From an uncultured virus (IMG/VR IMGVR_UViG_3300027805_000001) (taxonomy: Duplodnaviria > Heunggongvirae > Uroviricota > Caudoviricetes), in IMG/VR virus record IMGVR_UViG_3300027805_000001: DNA of 20,000 nucleotides, one strand, 5' to 3'. Numbering within the stretch: the first letter of the stretch is position 1; each line of letters opens with the position of its first letter. Shown one piece after another: positions 1 to 8,687 of the stretch. The notes under the pieces were generated by a model, which saw nothing but the letters and a program-made list of their open reading frames with translations, had not been told where the DNA came from and did no database searches. The translations under genes and the position numbers were made by a program.

Positions 1-256
1 AGTCCAGTCCAAGACCAAGCTGCTTTTGCTTGTCTGACGGCGTAACGAAAAGAGCAGTGGTTCCCGACGATAGGTTTATGGAAATCTCAGGCATAGTAGT
101 GCTAACACTTGATGGCACAACCCTTAGACTACGCGCAAGTTCTTCTTTGCCATCTTTGAGCACATGTCCAAGTTTTCTTCGAGTTTCAATAACGTCCTTA
201 GTAGTTACCTTTCTAACAGCACCTTCCTCTATGAACTGTTTGAACGTTTGTCTCAT
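1..256 (-). CDS. Hypothetical protein, 3' end runs off the window; possible internal head protein
   Basis: Not in the ORF track. Manual translation from ATG at 256 gives MRQTFKQFIEEGAVRKVTTKDVIETRRKLGHVLKDGKEELARSLRVVPSSVS... with no stop before position 1. The ATG overlaps the TGA of the upstream gene (ATGA at 253-256). The N-terminus resembles the T4 capsid-targeting sequence MKTYQEFIAE. Confidence 0.75.
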   Translation of the reverse strand, partial: MRQTFKQFIEEGAVRKVTTKDVIETRRKLGHVLKDGKEELARSLRVVPSSVSTTMPEISINLSSGTTALFVTPSDKQKQLGLGLD

Positions 257-732
257 TTGATACCGTACCTTTCTTTGTCCCACTTTAACCAGTCAGGCGG
301 ATACTTAGTCCTGAAGCTAAGCTGAATACGCAATGGAAGGTCAAACCCTGGAACATGGTGCTGTGTAGGATCAAGCAGCTTAACGTCTGAAACATCAACA
401 TCAACAAAGTGCTTACTTAGTTCAGCTCTAAGAAGCTTTGGTAACATACTACTAATCAAGTCAGCATTTAGCGATTTCTTACGAAGTAGCACCTGCATCA
501 GACATCTTTCTGTAGAATAAGGACGAACTGAACGACTAGTGTAAATCCACGGAAGTCGATGGTCAGACTGTACCTTGAAGTTGGCTACTGGTATCTTGAA
601 GATACGAGACATATTGGGAATGATGGTGTTGTATAGAGCCGCAAGTCCCCTATCACGCGAAGTTGGATAGTTACCAAAAACATAGGTGTGGCCTTTGAAG
701 CTACCACTTTCAAAAAGCTCAGTTACTTTCAT
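253..732 (-). CDS. Hypothetical protein (159 aa); possible internal head protein, paralog of 729..1085
   Basis: ATGA overlaps at both ends. Starts MKVTELFES. Shares 'IFKIPVANFKV' and 'LPKLLRAELSKHF' patterns with 'KFKISERSISV' and 'LTKLLTANLKERF' of the neighbour. Confidence 0.8.
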   Translation of the reverse strand: MKVTELFESGSFKGHTYVFGNYPTSRDRGLAALYNTIIPNMSRIFKIPVANFKVQSDHRLPWIYTSRSVRPYSTERCLMQVLLRKKSLNADLISSMLPKLLRAELSKHFVDVDVSDVKLLDPTQHHVPGFDLPLRIQLSFRTKYPPDWLKWDKERYGIK

Positions 733-1085
733 TTTTCTTCAAGGTTAAAGTTGATTCGAACGGTGCCCTGGTTTTTATCAACCCAGCTTGAACGGAGCTC
801 AAGCTTCTTGAAGCGCTCCTTGAGGTTGGCAGTCAGCAGCTTGGTGAGCATTGACATGAAGAACTCCTCGTTGCCCTTGACCTTCTTAGGGATCTTGATT
901 GTCCAGTGCTGCACGAACTTGTCGATCTGGGGCAGGAACTGCTTCACCGAGATGCTACGCTCCGAGATCTTGAACTTTTCGGCAACATCGCTCTTGACGT
1001 TGCTGGCGAAGCTCTTGCTCGAAGCCAAACTTGGGTAGTCTGCCCAGTACTCACGTTCCTCTGATAGAAGTTCAGTTACCTTCAT
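729..1085 (-). CDS. Hypothetical protein (118 aa); possible internal head protein, paralog of 253..732
   Basis: ATGA overlaps at both ends. Starts MKVTELLSEE, with the first six residues identical to the neighbour. Confidence 0.8.
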   Translation of the reverse strand: MKVTELLSEEREYWADYPSLASSKSFASNVKSDVAEKFKISERSISVKQFLPQIDKFVQHWTIKIPKKVKGNEEFFMSMLTKLLTANLKERFKKLELRSSWVDKNQGTVRINFNLEEK

Positions 1086-1822
1086 AGCTTGTCCGTTAGC
1101 GAGCGCTGATATTCATCAATTGCGTGGCGCAACTGTTCTAACGTGATATCGCATCTTTTGTTTTTAGATAAATTGTGTTCCCAAGGAATACAGACAAGAT
1201 TACAAATGTGACCAATGATTTCAGGATCTACATTCAGCCTGAAACCTTCCTGAATAGAAAATCTATGATCTATGTTGTGGGCACCGGGCGTACCCGGTGC
1301 CCCGCGCTTCTCAATATGCGGCAATTGCGATAAATCAAATTTATTTTGGAAACGTCTAACTGCCAGTTCATATTTTCTAAAATCACTTTGTTTGTCTCTT
1401 GGGATCCAATTGCCCATATTTTCATTGGTGAGCCTTACCTTGGGTGCAGCTTTTCTCGCAGCACGTTGATATCCCGATAATCCATCTACCCCGATTTTTG
1501 AATTTGCCTCTTTAATTTTCAATGCCTTTAGGTGTAACACAGATATCCCATCCACGAAAGTATTTTTCATAGTGGCAACTGATTTATGTGCTGATGCAAT
1601 TGCTGTTTCCTTGTAAGAAGGATCCTGCTTTGTAGTAATCATCTTTTGTATTCTCAGTCCTTCAGAGCATAACTTATTACCGCAGGTAGCAAACCACCTA
1701 TTTCTGTTTTCGTGTTTTCTGGCTGGTTTTCCACACTGAAGGCAGTCAGGTATAGATCCATCTTCATTGAGGGGGCGCCTATTACACGATCTTGCCTGTT
1801 GCTGATATAATTTTTGGTGCAT
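1082..1822 (-). CDS. HNH-family endonuclease (putative homing endonuclease) with N-terminal Zn-finger
   Basis: CxxC...CxxxxC near the N-terminus. C-terminal 'HNIDHRFS...GHICNLVCIPWEHNLSK' HNH-type motif. AT-rich relative to the structural genes. Exact start uncertain (overlaps the gp14-like gene by 41 nt). Confidence 0.75.
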   Translation of the reverse strand: MHQKLYQQQARSCNRRPLNEDGSIPDCLQCGKPARKHENRNRWFATCGNKLCSEGLRIQKMITTKQDPSYKETAIASAHKSVATMKNTFVDGISVLHLKALKIKEANSKIGVDGLSGYQRAARKAAPKVRLTNENMGNWIPRDKQSDFRKYELAVRRFQNKFDLSQLPHIEKRGAPGTPGAHNIDHRFSIQEGFRLNVDPEIIGHICNLVCIPWEHNLSKNKRCDITLEQLRHAIDEYQRSLTDKL

Positions 1823-3659
1823 TGAAGATCTCTTGATGTGACGGTTTGTGAGAACTATTTATTGTCCGGCGATCAGTTTCAACGTAGATCCACTTGTTCT
1901 TGACCGAGCTGAACTTGTAGAGACGGGCTGCAATCTTCATTTCAGGCGGATATTCCAGCCTGAAGAATGATCCATCGGTCTGCCCAGCAACATCGGGTAG
2001 CTTAAAGCCAGTTTCATATGGCTGTCCGTCAGGTGGTAAACCATCCTCAACGTACTTACCTCTACCATCATAGCTTCCTGGGCGGTTAGCCATGTCAGCT
2101 CCTGAAGCAAGCTCACGAACGTTGGTGCCCTTTTCAGGTACTCTCTGTTCTGCTTCTGCCTGATTGGCCTCGGTTACGGTCAACTGCGCGGTTTGTATCT
2201 GTTGAATACCGTCAAAGAACGAACCATCGTCAATGATGTACTTTTGCGTATCGGCTGTTCCCAATATGTCACGATGCTCTTGCCCGGGTATCAGGTGCTG
2301 CGCCGTTACTCGGTACATAATTGGTTTCCAACCAGTGGTGTAACCTTCTGACGACCAAGCAACGTCATTTACCTCAAGGAACTTCCGCACAGGCTTTAAG
2401 TTGTGATCGTACTGCAGCTCAGCAGGAAGCTCAATAACGTCTCCTACAACTATAGGACGACCAAGTGCACGAACCATCTCAGCAAAAGACAGAGTGAACG
2501 TGTAGATGTCAGCTATCTGGAAGACAAACTTAGTTAGATCTCCCATTCCGTCAAATGGCTGATACGCGGCCTTCAGCTGAATGCTGGTGTTAGCGTAGTC
2601 GCGATCACGATTTTCCATCCAAAACGTATCCTGGATGTTATCAAGCCTTGTCGCTTGGAAATCAAACAGCTCTATCTTGTCAACTACCCACGCGTTTGAA
2701 GGGCCACCAACAAAGACGGTTGGCACCAGTCTCCAGAAGCGTGAGGCGCTTGACTGCTTGATGTTGATGAGGGCAGACGGAACGTCTGGTAGGTTAACCA
2801 CATCAACCCTGTACCAATCAAGCTCAACAGGAACGGTAAAAAAATCACCTGCAGCAAAGGGTATGTTTCCATTAAGGACGGTGAATGAACCCACTGGTGA
2901 GTTGAACTGCTGACCAACTGTAGCGACCCCAAGAATACTTGTACCAGTTGATGAGGTAAACGTTACGCTGAAGGTTGTTGAATTTGCAGCAACCAGCATA
3001 AACGCGCCTGGCCTACTTTCTATTCCAGGTCTAAAGGAGGTAATACTTCCATTGCCAGCACCCGTGAACAGCACCTTTGACTGATCTACTTTGTATCCAC
3101 CAGTAGAGCGTTCTACTCTTACCTGTCTGGCTCTTACCGGGCCTGGCTGCGAAATACGAAATGACGTGATGTGCTGTGCAGCAGGAGTGAACGGCACTGT
3201 TTCTGGAAGACCATAGGTAGTCTTCCTTGGACCAAAATCATATCCAATCCAAGCAGGTACCGTAAGAACACTAAGACCCGTTTCTGAGCTTGTCCAAGCT
3301 GATGCAAGAGAGTCAAACGCAGCTTCAGCATTGCCACTTGACGAGATAGCGTGACCATCGCCTGTCACATCTACAAGTCTACCTTGTTCATGCACACCAA
3401 GCAGCTTGAACACGTTGATGTTTGCTCCACTGATGTTTAGGTTTTCGGCGGCAAGACTTTCTTGATAAAGGTTTTCAACAGTATAGCAGTCACCTTGCGA
3501 AATCCTAAAATCTCCTGTACAAAGCTCAGGAGGAACATACGGATTAGATGGCGTTGGCTGATTTGCTGGCAACCCACCATTTGGCTGAGTGTTGAATGAC
3601 CCAGCGCCATCAGGGCACTCAGTGATTGGTAAGGTTGGGACTGTGATTGGTGTCGGCAT
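1782..3659 (-). CDS. gp14: Neck/head-closure protein, T4 gp14-like, with large internal insertion(s)
   Basis: 'YQESLAAENLNISGANINVF' and 'DLTKFVFQIADIYTFTLS...PIVVGDVIELP...FLEVNDV' resemble T4 gp14 motifs. Lies downstream of the gp13-like gene. Central region has discoidin-like motifs (WIGYDFG, ITSFRISQ, SRFWRLV). Confidence 0.7.
   Translation of the reverse strand: MPTPITVPTLPITECPDGAGSFNTQPNGGLPANQPTPSNPYVPPELCTGDFRISQGDCYTVENLYQESLAAENLNISGANINVFKLLGVHEQGRLVDVTGDGHAISSSGNAEAAFDSLASAWTSSETGLSVLTVPAWIGYDFGPRKTTYGLPETVPFTPAAQHITSFRISQPGPVRARQVRVERSTGGYKVDQSKVLFTGAGNGSITSFRPGIESRPGAFMLVAANSTTFSVTFTSSTGTSILGVATVGQQFNSPVGSFTVLNGNIPFAAGDFFTVPVELDWYRVDVVNLPDVPSALINIKQSSASRFWRLVPTVFVGGPSNAWVVDKIELFDFQATRLDNIQDTFWMENRDRDYANTSIQLKAAYQPFDGMGDLTKFVFQIADIYTFTLSFAEMVRALGRPIVVGDVIELPAELQYDHNLKPVRKFLEVNDVAWSSEGYTTGWKPIMYRVTAQHLIPGQEHRDILGTADTQKYIIDDGSFFDGIQQIQTAQLTVTEANQAEAEQRVPEKGTNVRELASGADMANRPGSYDGRGKYVEDGLPPDGQPYETGFKLPDVAGQTDGSFFRLEYPPEMKIAARLYKFSSVKNKWIYVETDRRTINSSHKPSHQEIFNAPKIISATGKIV
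1856..1863 (-). promoter_or_regulatory. Putative T4-type late promoter (AATAAATA) for the HNH gene and downstream cluster
   Basis: TAAATA core about 33 nt upstream of ATG 1822, inside the gp14-like CDS. T4 late consensus is TATAAATA. Confidence 0.45.
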
Positions 3660-3660
3660 G

Positions 3661-4431
3661 CTAACTACATTTAGTGTGATACCTATTTAGCGCAACCAAC
3701 GTAGTTTCCTTACCACATCCAGTACAAATACCACGGCGGCTTAGCGGGCTGTTGCCCTTCATTCGGGCACCAAGTGCTAGCTTTTCAGTCTCTGACATAG
3801 GAATGCCCTTTGGGCGGCCGCCTCTGTTGGTGCCGCGTTGGTTCTTTGTTGCTGCTGCTTTCTGGCCGCGCTCGATGAGAACTTCTTGGGATACTGAGGA
3901 GTAGTAGCGCTGTTGGCCGGCCTGAAGGTTAGCTAGTTGCTCGGCAGTGCGCTTCTTGCCCGTGTTTGCTTTGGCCCTTTTTGCTGCAGCTTCAGGTGTG
4001 GAGATCTTCTTGATGTGCTCAGCCATCGCAGTTGGGTCTGCTTTACGTTTGGCCCACATCTGTTTTGAAGCTTCAGAGTTCTTCCTTTTGCTTTCCTCTG
4101 TGTTACGATGACCCGGGGCATGGCCAATACCACCTGCAACATTCACACACAATGGGTCGGCGCGGAGTTCCTTAGTCAGCAGTTCTTCTTCCCTATTGGC
4201 AACTGCTTTTCGAGATGGGTGTTGTTCAAGTATCTCATACACATGGTTCTCTTTTCCATACTTCTTAACACTGCGTGATAGAATTTGTCCGCTGCCAAGA
4301 TAACCGTCATTGAGGTTGTCAGTAGAGTGCATCCCAATATACCACTTACCCGTAATGGTACAAGTGGTTTTGTAGATGACATGGAATTTGCGCTGATCAG
4401 CACGATTGATTGGCTTTTTGCGTTCTGGCAC
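3661..4431 (-). CDS. GIY-YIG (Seg-like) free-standing homing endonuclease
   Basis: 'VIYKTTCTITGKWYIGMHST...YLGSG...REEELL...CVN' catalytic-domain pattern, followed by basic NUMOD-like DNA-binding repeats (GKKRTAEQ, GIPMSETEK). Inserted between the gp13- and gp14-like genes. Confidence 0.9.
   Translation of the reverse strand: MPERKKPINRADQRKFHVIYKTTCTITGKWYIGMHSTDNLNDGYLGSGQILSRSVKKYGKENHVYEILEQHPSRKAVANREEELLTKELRADPLCVNVAGGIGHAPGHRNTEESKRKNSEASKQMWAKRKADPTAMAEHIKKISTPEAAAKRAKANTGKKRTAEQLANLQAGQQRYYSSVSQEVLIERGQKAAATKNQRGTNRGGRPKGIPMSETEKLALGARMKGNSPLSRRGICTGCGKETTLVALNRYHTKCS
3684..3691 (-). promoter_or_regulatory. Putative late promoter (GCTAAATA) for the gp14-like gene
   Basis: TAAATA core 24 nt upstream of ATG 3659, inside the 3' end of the GIY-YIG gene. 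Confidence 0.45.
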
Positions 4432-4461
4432 AATGATCTCCTGTGAAGTAGAAGTGTGACA

Positions 4462-4469
4462 TATTTATG
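4462..4469 (-). promoter_or_regulatory. Putative late promoter (CATAAATA) for the GIY-YIG gene
   Basis: Intergenic, 30 nt upstream of ATG 4431, followed by a CAGGAG Shine-Dalgarno. Confidence 0.65.
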
Positions 4470-4480
4470 CAAAAATGTAA

Positions 4481-6355
4481 CTATCCAATCAAAAAACTGG
4501 TGTTACCATGCCCGATACCACCACCACCAAACTCATTGTTCAGTAGCTGTTCACGAAGTTCAGTCATGTCCTGTCGTGCTTCACTGATAAGCATTTCGCC
4601 GTTGAGGTTTATCGGTCCTTGTGCTCCTGGGGTGCCTGAGCTAAACTTGCTGCGAATTAGCCCCAGCTGCTCCTTGCACTCTGCAAGCGCCCAGTTCTGT
4701 ATAAACTGCTTCGAGTATCTGTCAAGCACCAGTTCCTGTTCGGTTCTCTCACAGTATGCCTCAATGATGACCTTTTCATTTCGAGCAATTCTGCGCGTCA
4801 CTAGTAGCTCACGCGTTGGTTCGTCCCACTGGAACATCATGTCACCGGCAAATATTCGCTGAAAGTCCTCTGAAAGTCCGTGCACGAGGTGGATTGATAG
4901 AACGTCGGTGTATCCGGAACTGTAGTACTGATTTAGAAATGTTTGAAAGTAGATGTTACTATCCCAGTTCAGCGCGTTGGCGCCTAGAATATTTAGGCGA
5001 TGGATCTTGTTGATGCCTACGATTTTGTCAGTGCCATCAGCAGCAGAATTAAGGTAGTAAACCTGTTGACCTTCAATAAGCGTAAACATGATGTATTTTC
5101 TTGTATACGCTCCATCACACAGGTGTCTGTAAGTATCAAGCGCGTTATCTATGGCGATGTTGAACTGCTCTTCCTTCAGTTCAACGCACATGACAGGCCA
5201 CCCAAGCTGATTTTTCAGTATCTTGATAAGTCGAACCCGTTCATCATACGACCCGTCTGTTCCGATAGCGACCTTATCAGTGGTTGGCGTTCCCTGTTGA
5301 TCTGTGTTTGCCTGCTGCCAAGTTGTTCCCGTCCAAACATTCAGAACTTTTGAAGAAGTATTATAGAAAAGCTGACCAACATAAGGAGCAGGTGCATCAA
5401 CGCTGTCAGCAATAAGAGGAGCAGTAAATGCTGGTGTTAACGGTGGCCTATTGAAAAGTGAATTTGCCGAGCTGGGGAATACCCATTCAACTCCATTCCA
5501 GTACTGGCCTCTTTGAGTGGTAAAGTTCCAAAAGAAATCACCAACACCCGCAGTTTCTGGCAGCGAGATACCAGAAGATTGTGATGCTATTGGAACCCAG
5601 GCCGGACCAGGTACTTGCAGTTGAAGGTTTTGGGAGTTAGCGTCTACCCATGTAGCCCCATCAAATATCTTCAACCTACCCTGGGTAGTTAAAAAGTATG
5701 TTTGGCCAATGGACCCAGGATTGTTGGGCCCTGACATAATGCTGTCGGAACGAGTTGGTATCCACTGACTTCCAGTCCAGTACTGAACTATGTTCAACCC
5801 CTTGTCGTGGTAAACCATTCCAGGAGATGGAGAAACAGGAGCTTCAGGCAGAGAAGGAATGTTGCCTGAGTAAGATGAGCTGTCCTTTTCTATTCGGCTG
5901 GCTTCAAGCGGATAGGTTTGAACTCCCAGCGGATAGTACTGAAGAATGTTAGAGCACGCGTGAACAGAGGCGTAGTAGAGAGTATCTGACTGCGTGTTGT
6001 TAACTGTCAACTCAAATGTTGACATTCCAGTTGCAGCATTGGGCGTGCCTGGAAGTGGTGCCCCAAGAATGTGCGAGTAAAATGCTACTACGTGGGCACC
6101 ATCAACTCCCTCGATTTTGTCAGCAGGAACTGAAAAGTCGGTGCTCCCAGTGTATCTTTCACCATCCCGTGGATAGTTGGAAACCTTGAGGGGTCGGTCA
6201 TGCAACAGAATAACTGCACCCTCTGCAACCGTCATGGTTGTTGGGTAAGAAACTGTGATCAATAGTGAAGTCGGAGATGGGCGGGTAAGAGAAATCTCAA
6301 ACTGCCTAGCATCTACCCAAAGATCATGCGTGGTTTTGGTGTTAAAGTCTGACAT
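4481..6355 (-). CDS. gp13: Neck protein, T4 gp13-like C-terminal domain with a long N-terminal extension
   Basis: C-terminal ~250 aa ('LIKILKNQLGWPVMCVELKEEQFNIAIDNALDTY...FIQNWALAECKEQLGLIRSKF...GPINLNGEMLISEARQD...FLIG') match T4 gp13. The N-terminal part has four fibre-like 'PxxGxxY/F.........W/FxGxxW' repeats. Confidence 0.85.
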   Translation of the reverse strand: MSDFNTKTTHDLWVDARQFEISLTRPSPTSLLITVSYPTTMTVAEGAVILLHDRPLKVSNYPRDGERYTGSTDFSVPADKIEGVDGAHVVAFYSHILGAPLPGTPNAATGMSTFELTVNNTQSDTLYYASVHACSNILQYYPLGVQTYPLEASRIEKDSSSYSGNIPSLPEAPVSPSPGMVYHDKGLNIVQYWTGSQWIPTRSDSIMSGPNNPGSIGQTYFLTTQGRLKIFDGATWVDANSQNLQLQVPGPAWVPIASQSSGISLPETAGVGDFFWNFTTQRGQYWNGVEWVFPSSANSLFNRPPLTPAFTAPLIADSVDAPAPYVGQLFYNTSSKVLNVWTGTTWQQANTDQQGTPTTDKVAIGTDGSYDERVRLIKILKNQLGWPVMCVELKEEQFNIAIDNALDTYRHLCDGAYTRKYIMFTLIEGQQVYYLNSAADGTDKIVGINKIHRLNILGANALNWDSNIYFQTFLNQYYSSGYTDVLSIHLVHGLSEDFQRIFAGDMMFQWDEPTRELLVTRRIARNEKVIIEAYCERTEQELVLDRYSKQFIQNWALAECKEQLGLIRSKFSSGTPGAQGPINLNGEMLISEARQDMTELREQLLNNEFGGGGIGHGNTSFLIG

Positions 6356-6381
6356 GGAATAGGCCCATACACATATAGACC

Positions 6382-6389
6382 TATTTATG
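6382..6389 (-). promoter_or_regulatory. Putative late promoter (CATAAATA) for the gp13-like gene
   Basis: Intergenic, 26 nt upstream of ATG 6355. Confidence 0.65.
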
Positions 6390-6469
6390 AAGCTGGCTAC
6401 TGACTAAGCTGTTACCGCCTGTCATTTAATCCTAGACAGCCGACGCTTCTGAAATAGCCTTTTAGCAGA

Positions 6470-6477
6470 TATAAATA
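6470..6477 (+). promoter_or_regulatory. T4-type late promoter TATAAATA for the plus-strand small gene
   Basis: Perfect consensus, divergent from the gp13-like gene. Confidence 0.65.
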
Positions 6478-6752
6478 TGAACATGTACAAACATGTTCTT
6501 CATACCTTTCGCCCGACTGAAACTATTGAGGCCGTTATGCGCCTTAAAGGCAGACATAACCTCTCAAAGGAAAAACTTCGCCACCTGATGGTGGCGTTTG
6601 ACGAGCTCAATGGGAAAGTAGTTCCTAGGCCAGGAATGACTTACAAGATACCACTCCCATTTGAAACAACAGATGACTTCGGAAACGTAATCTACCTTCC
6701 TGAACCTGCACTTCCTGAGCCAGAAGAAACAGGAAAAGAAGATGCTATCTAG
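6477..6752 (+). CDS. Small LysM-like domain protein (start probably ATG 6483)
   Basis: Fills the gap between two minus-strand genes. 'HTFRPTETIEAVMR...ELNGKVVPRPGMTYKIP' resembles the LysM pattern (Y.V..GDTL..IA.......N......PGQ.L.IP). Acidic tail. The only convincing plus-strand gene. Confidence 0.65.
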   Translation: MNMYKHVLHTFRPTETIEAVMRLKGRHNLSKEKLRHLMVAFDELNGKVVPRPGMTYKIPLPFETTDDFGNVIYLPEPALPEPEETGKEDAI

Positions 6753-7225
6753 GTGTTCTGTTTAGCAACCCAAGAGTAAGGACCAAGTGTGGCTGAGTCC
6801 AGCTTACCAGTTTCCTGTGCTCTTCTACGCGCTTCCTCAATTTGTTGAGGTTTCAAAAACTGATTTTCTGATAGCTTCTTGGCTTCAGTTTCCACGTCGC
6901 CGCGGGCGCACATGAAAAGTGCGGCACAGTCAATATCCGTGTTGTTGGGTTGTTCAACCGGAGGGATGATCTGCATCTTTACACCTAGCTGTTGGAATTC
7001 GTTTCCGAGTAGCTCAAAATTAAAAGAAGACTGAACAGTAGTGAGCTTCTCGCCTTTCTCTTTGAGCCCTTTTAGAATTCGGCGAGCTGCAATAGGATTG
7101 CAGCTTTGCGCATACAGGAACTGTAGAAAATGTTCCTCACAGGTCGGGTAGCCCGTAAGGCGAAGTCCTACCCCAAGTTCATGCGGATAAGGCCAGGGAT
7201 TTGGCCAAAAGCGACCAAGCTTCAC
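6749..7225 (-). CDS. Hypothetical protein (158 aa)
   Basis: Start overlaps the stop of the upstream exonuclease gene (GTGA). No recognisable motif. Confidence 0.65.
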   Translation of the reverse strand: MKLGRFWPNPWPYPHELGVGLRLTGYPTCEEHFLQFLYAQSCNPIAARRILKGLKEKGEKLTTVQSSFNFELLGNEFQQLGVKMQIIPPVEQPNNTDIDCAALFMCARGDVETEAKKLSENQFLKPQQIEEARRRAQETGKLDSATLGPYSWVAKQNT

Positions 7226-7800
7226 CGCAGAACCATCCGTGCCAGTTTGGCGATGTTAAAGGCGTCATCAGCGCCGTTGTGGTGCCGACCCTCCAGCTCC
7301 AGTCCAGCTATGCGCAGCGCCTTGACCATCGCTACCTCATCTCGAAGCCCCTTCCTGATAGCAAAGAGGGTCTTGATATTGAGATGGCTTCTCATCTGCG
7401 CGAATGGGTTGTCGTTGCGGTGGATGCCATAGAGACCAGAAACCGAAGCGCGTCCCTCAGATCCAAGCTTTATACGATCAAACTCACCATACGAACACCA
7501 CATAGTGAACTTGTTGATTGAGTAGTCTTGCTTGATGGCTTTGAGCGTATCACCAATATCCCCACCCTCAGCAATCTGTTGTGGTGTCCAACCTGTAAGC
7601 TGAGTGCAAAAAGGAGATACCTCAGTGAAGCGTGGCTTGACGACGTAGCTATCAGGATCTGTGATCTTTCCAGTTACAAGATCAAGCTCGCAAATACCAA
7701 TCTCGATGATCTCGTTTGGTCTATCTCCCTGCTCCTCGCGCGTTTCCCAGCAGGTGCATTCTATATCAATGACAAGAATACGCCGAAGGTCAGCTCCCAA
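7222..7800 (-). CDS. DEDDh 3'-5' exonuclease (ERI1/KapD-like)
   Basis: Motifs 'LVIDIECTCW', 'EIIEIG', 'FCTQLTG', 'YGEFD' and 'GRHHNGADDAFNIA'. Confidence 0.9.
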   Translation of the reverse strand: MGADLRRILVIDIECTCWETREEQGDRPNEIIEIGICELDLVTGKITDPDSYVVKPRFTEVSPFCTQLTGWTPQQIAEGGDIGDTLKAIKQDYSINKFTMWCSYGEFDRIKLGSEGRASVSGLYGIHRNDNPFAQMRSHLNIKTLFAIRKGLRDEVAMVKALRIAGLELEGRHHNGADDAFNIAKLARMVLR

Positions 7801-8035
7801 GACTGTTCTCCTGCAGGTACTCCTCGATAGCTGCCCGCTCCATCATAAGCGCTAACCGCTCGGAGTTTAGGTCCTGCATTGCCTTGACAAAAATGGCGTG
7901 AGCTTCCTGCTGACGGTCAGTGAAATAGCGGTTAGCTGTCCGCAGACCATCACGGCGCATCGTTTGCACGGTGCGAGCAAGGATGAACAGACGGGCCCCA
8001 ATCCAGTTAAGCCGCTCTTGCGAGATTGGTGGCAT
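7790..8035 (-). CDS. Hypothetical protein (81 aa, MPPISQERLNW...)
   Basis: Internal ATG at 8035 of the ORF-track entry 7790..8179, preceded by GGAGAGG. This start avoids a long overlap with the upstream gene. Confidence 0.6.
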   Translation of the reverse strand: MPPISQERLNWIGARLFILARTVQTMRRDGLRTANRYFTDRQQEAHAIFVKAMQDLNSERLALMMERAAIEEYLQENSLGS

Positions 8036-8687
8036 CTTGCCTCTCCATTGAATACTTGAACCAGTCTGGGACTGGACTGTTTTTCCACTTCGCAAAGCGC
8101 GCCTTAACGCCGACGTAGAAGCGGCGATACGCCTGAACAGGGTCATCATGCTTGTATTCCTCCGGCATCGCCAGTGCAAAGGGCGTTAACTGACCTCTCT
8201 TGATGCGGCTTGGTGCCTTAGACAGAAAATCGGCGATGCGCGCAGCTGAGTGTACCTTACCATAGCGCGAGGCGTACTCACGCAACGCCCCGTCATATAG
8301 GCAGAAGAGCCAGTGGTAGTTGGCGTCAGTCGCTCGGGTCCACACTGAGCAGGGGTGATTTGCGTGCGCGACCCTGTAGCACTTCTGATTGGTGACCTTC
8401 ACAACCCACTTACTGATCTTGGTCTGAAGACCATCGTCATCCTCTTCATCGAAGAACATCTCTTGAAGCTCGGGCGTGCATACTTCACCAGGTAGTGCCC
8501 AATGGCGAAGACGCTTTGGTTTATTGGTGTCAGGGTTGTGTACGACCCATTCCTGCAGCGTACCATCAAGAAGACGGTGAGCGGTGCTCAGCATCTGTCC
8601 ATATTCCAAGATCATCTTGCAAATATGACGATCGCAATGAAACTGAGCCGCTTCATATGGATTTTGGTCAAGAACAAAGATATTCAT
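8007..8687 (-). CDS. Pyrimidine-dimer DNA glycosylase / endonuclease V-like protein
   Basis: 'MNIFVLD...AAQFHCDRHICKMILEYGQMLSTAH...HANHPCSVWTR...NYHWL...EYASRYGKVH...FALAMPEEYK..DPVQAYRRFY...KARFAKW...P.W' is characteristic of this phage family. Has an acidic internal insertion. Confidence 0.8.
   Translation of the reverse strand: MNIFVLDQNPYEAAQFHCDRHICKMILEYGQMLSTAHRLLDGTLQEWVVHNPDTNKPKRLRHWALPGEVCTPELQEMFFDEEDDDGLQTKISKWVVKVTNQKCYRVAHANHPCSVWTRATDANYHWLFCLYDGALREYASRYGKVHSAARIADFLSKAPSRIKRGQLTPFALAMPEEYKHDDPVQAYRRFYVGVKARFAKWKNSPVPDWFKYSMERQDATNLARAA

Noticed and set aside
3661..4480. Group I intron carrying the GIY-YIG gene
   Set aside because: The flanking gp13- and gp14-like ORFs look complete. 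The endonuclease has its own promoter and RBS, and the spacers (1 nt and 49 nt) leave no room for intron core structure.
7790..8179. 129-aa version of the ORF, and the 166-aa version of 10972..11472
   Set aside because: The longer starts overlap upstream genes or regulatory sequence and lack an RBS. The internal ATGs at 8035 and 11415 have clear SD sequences.
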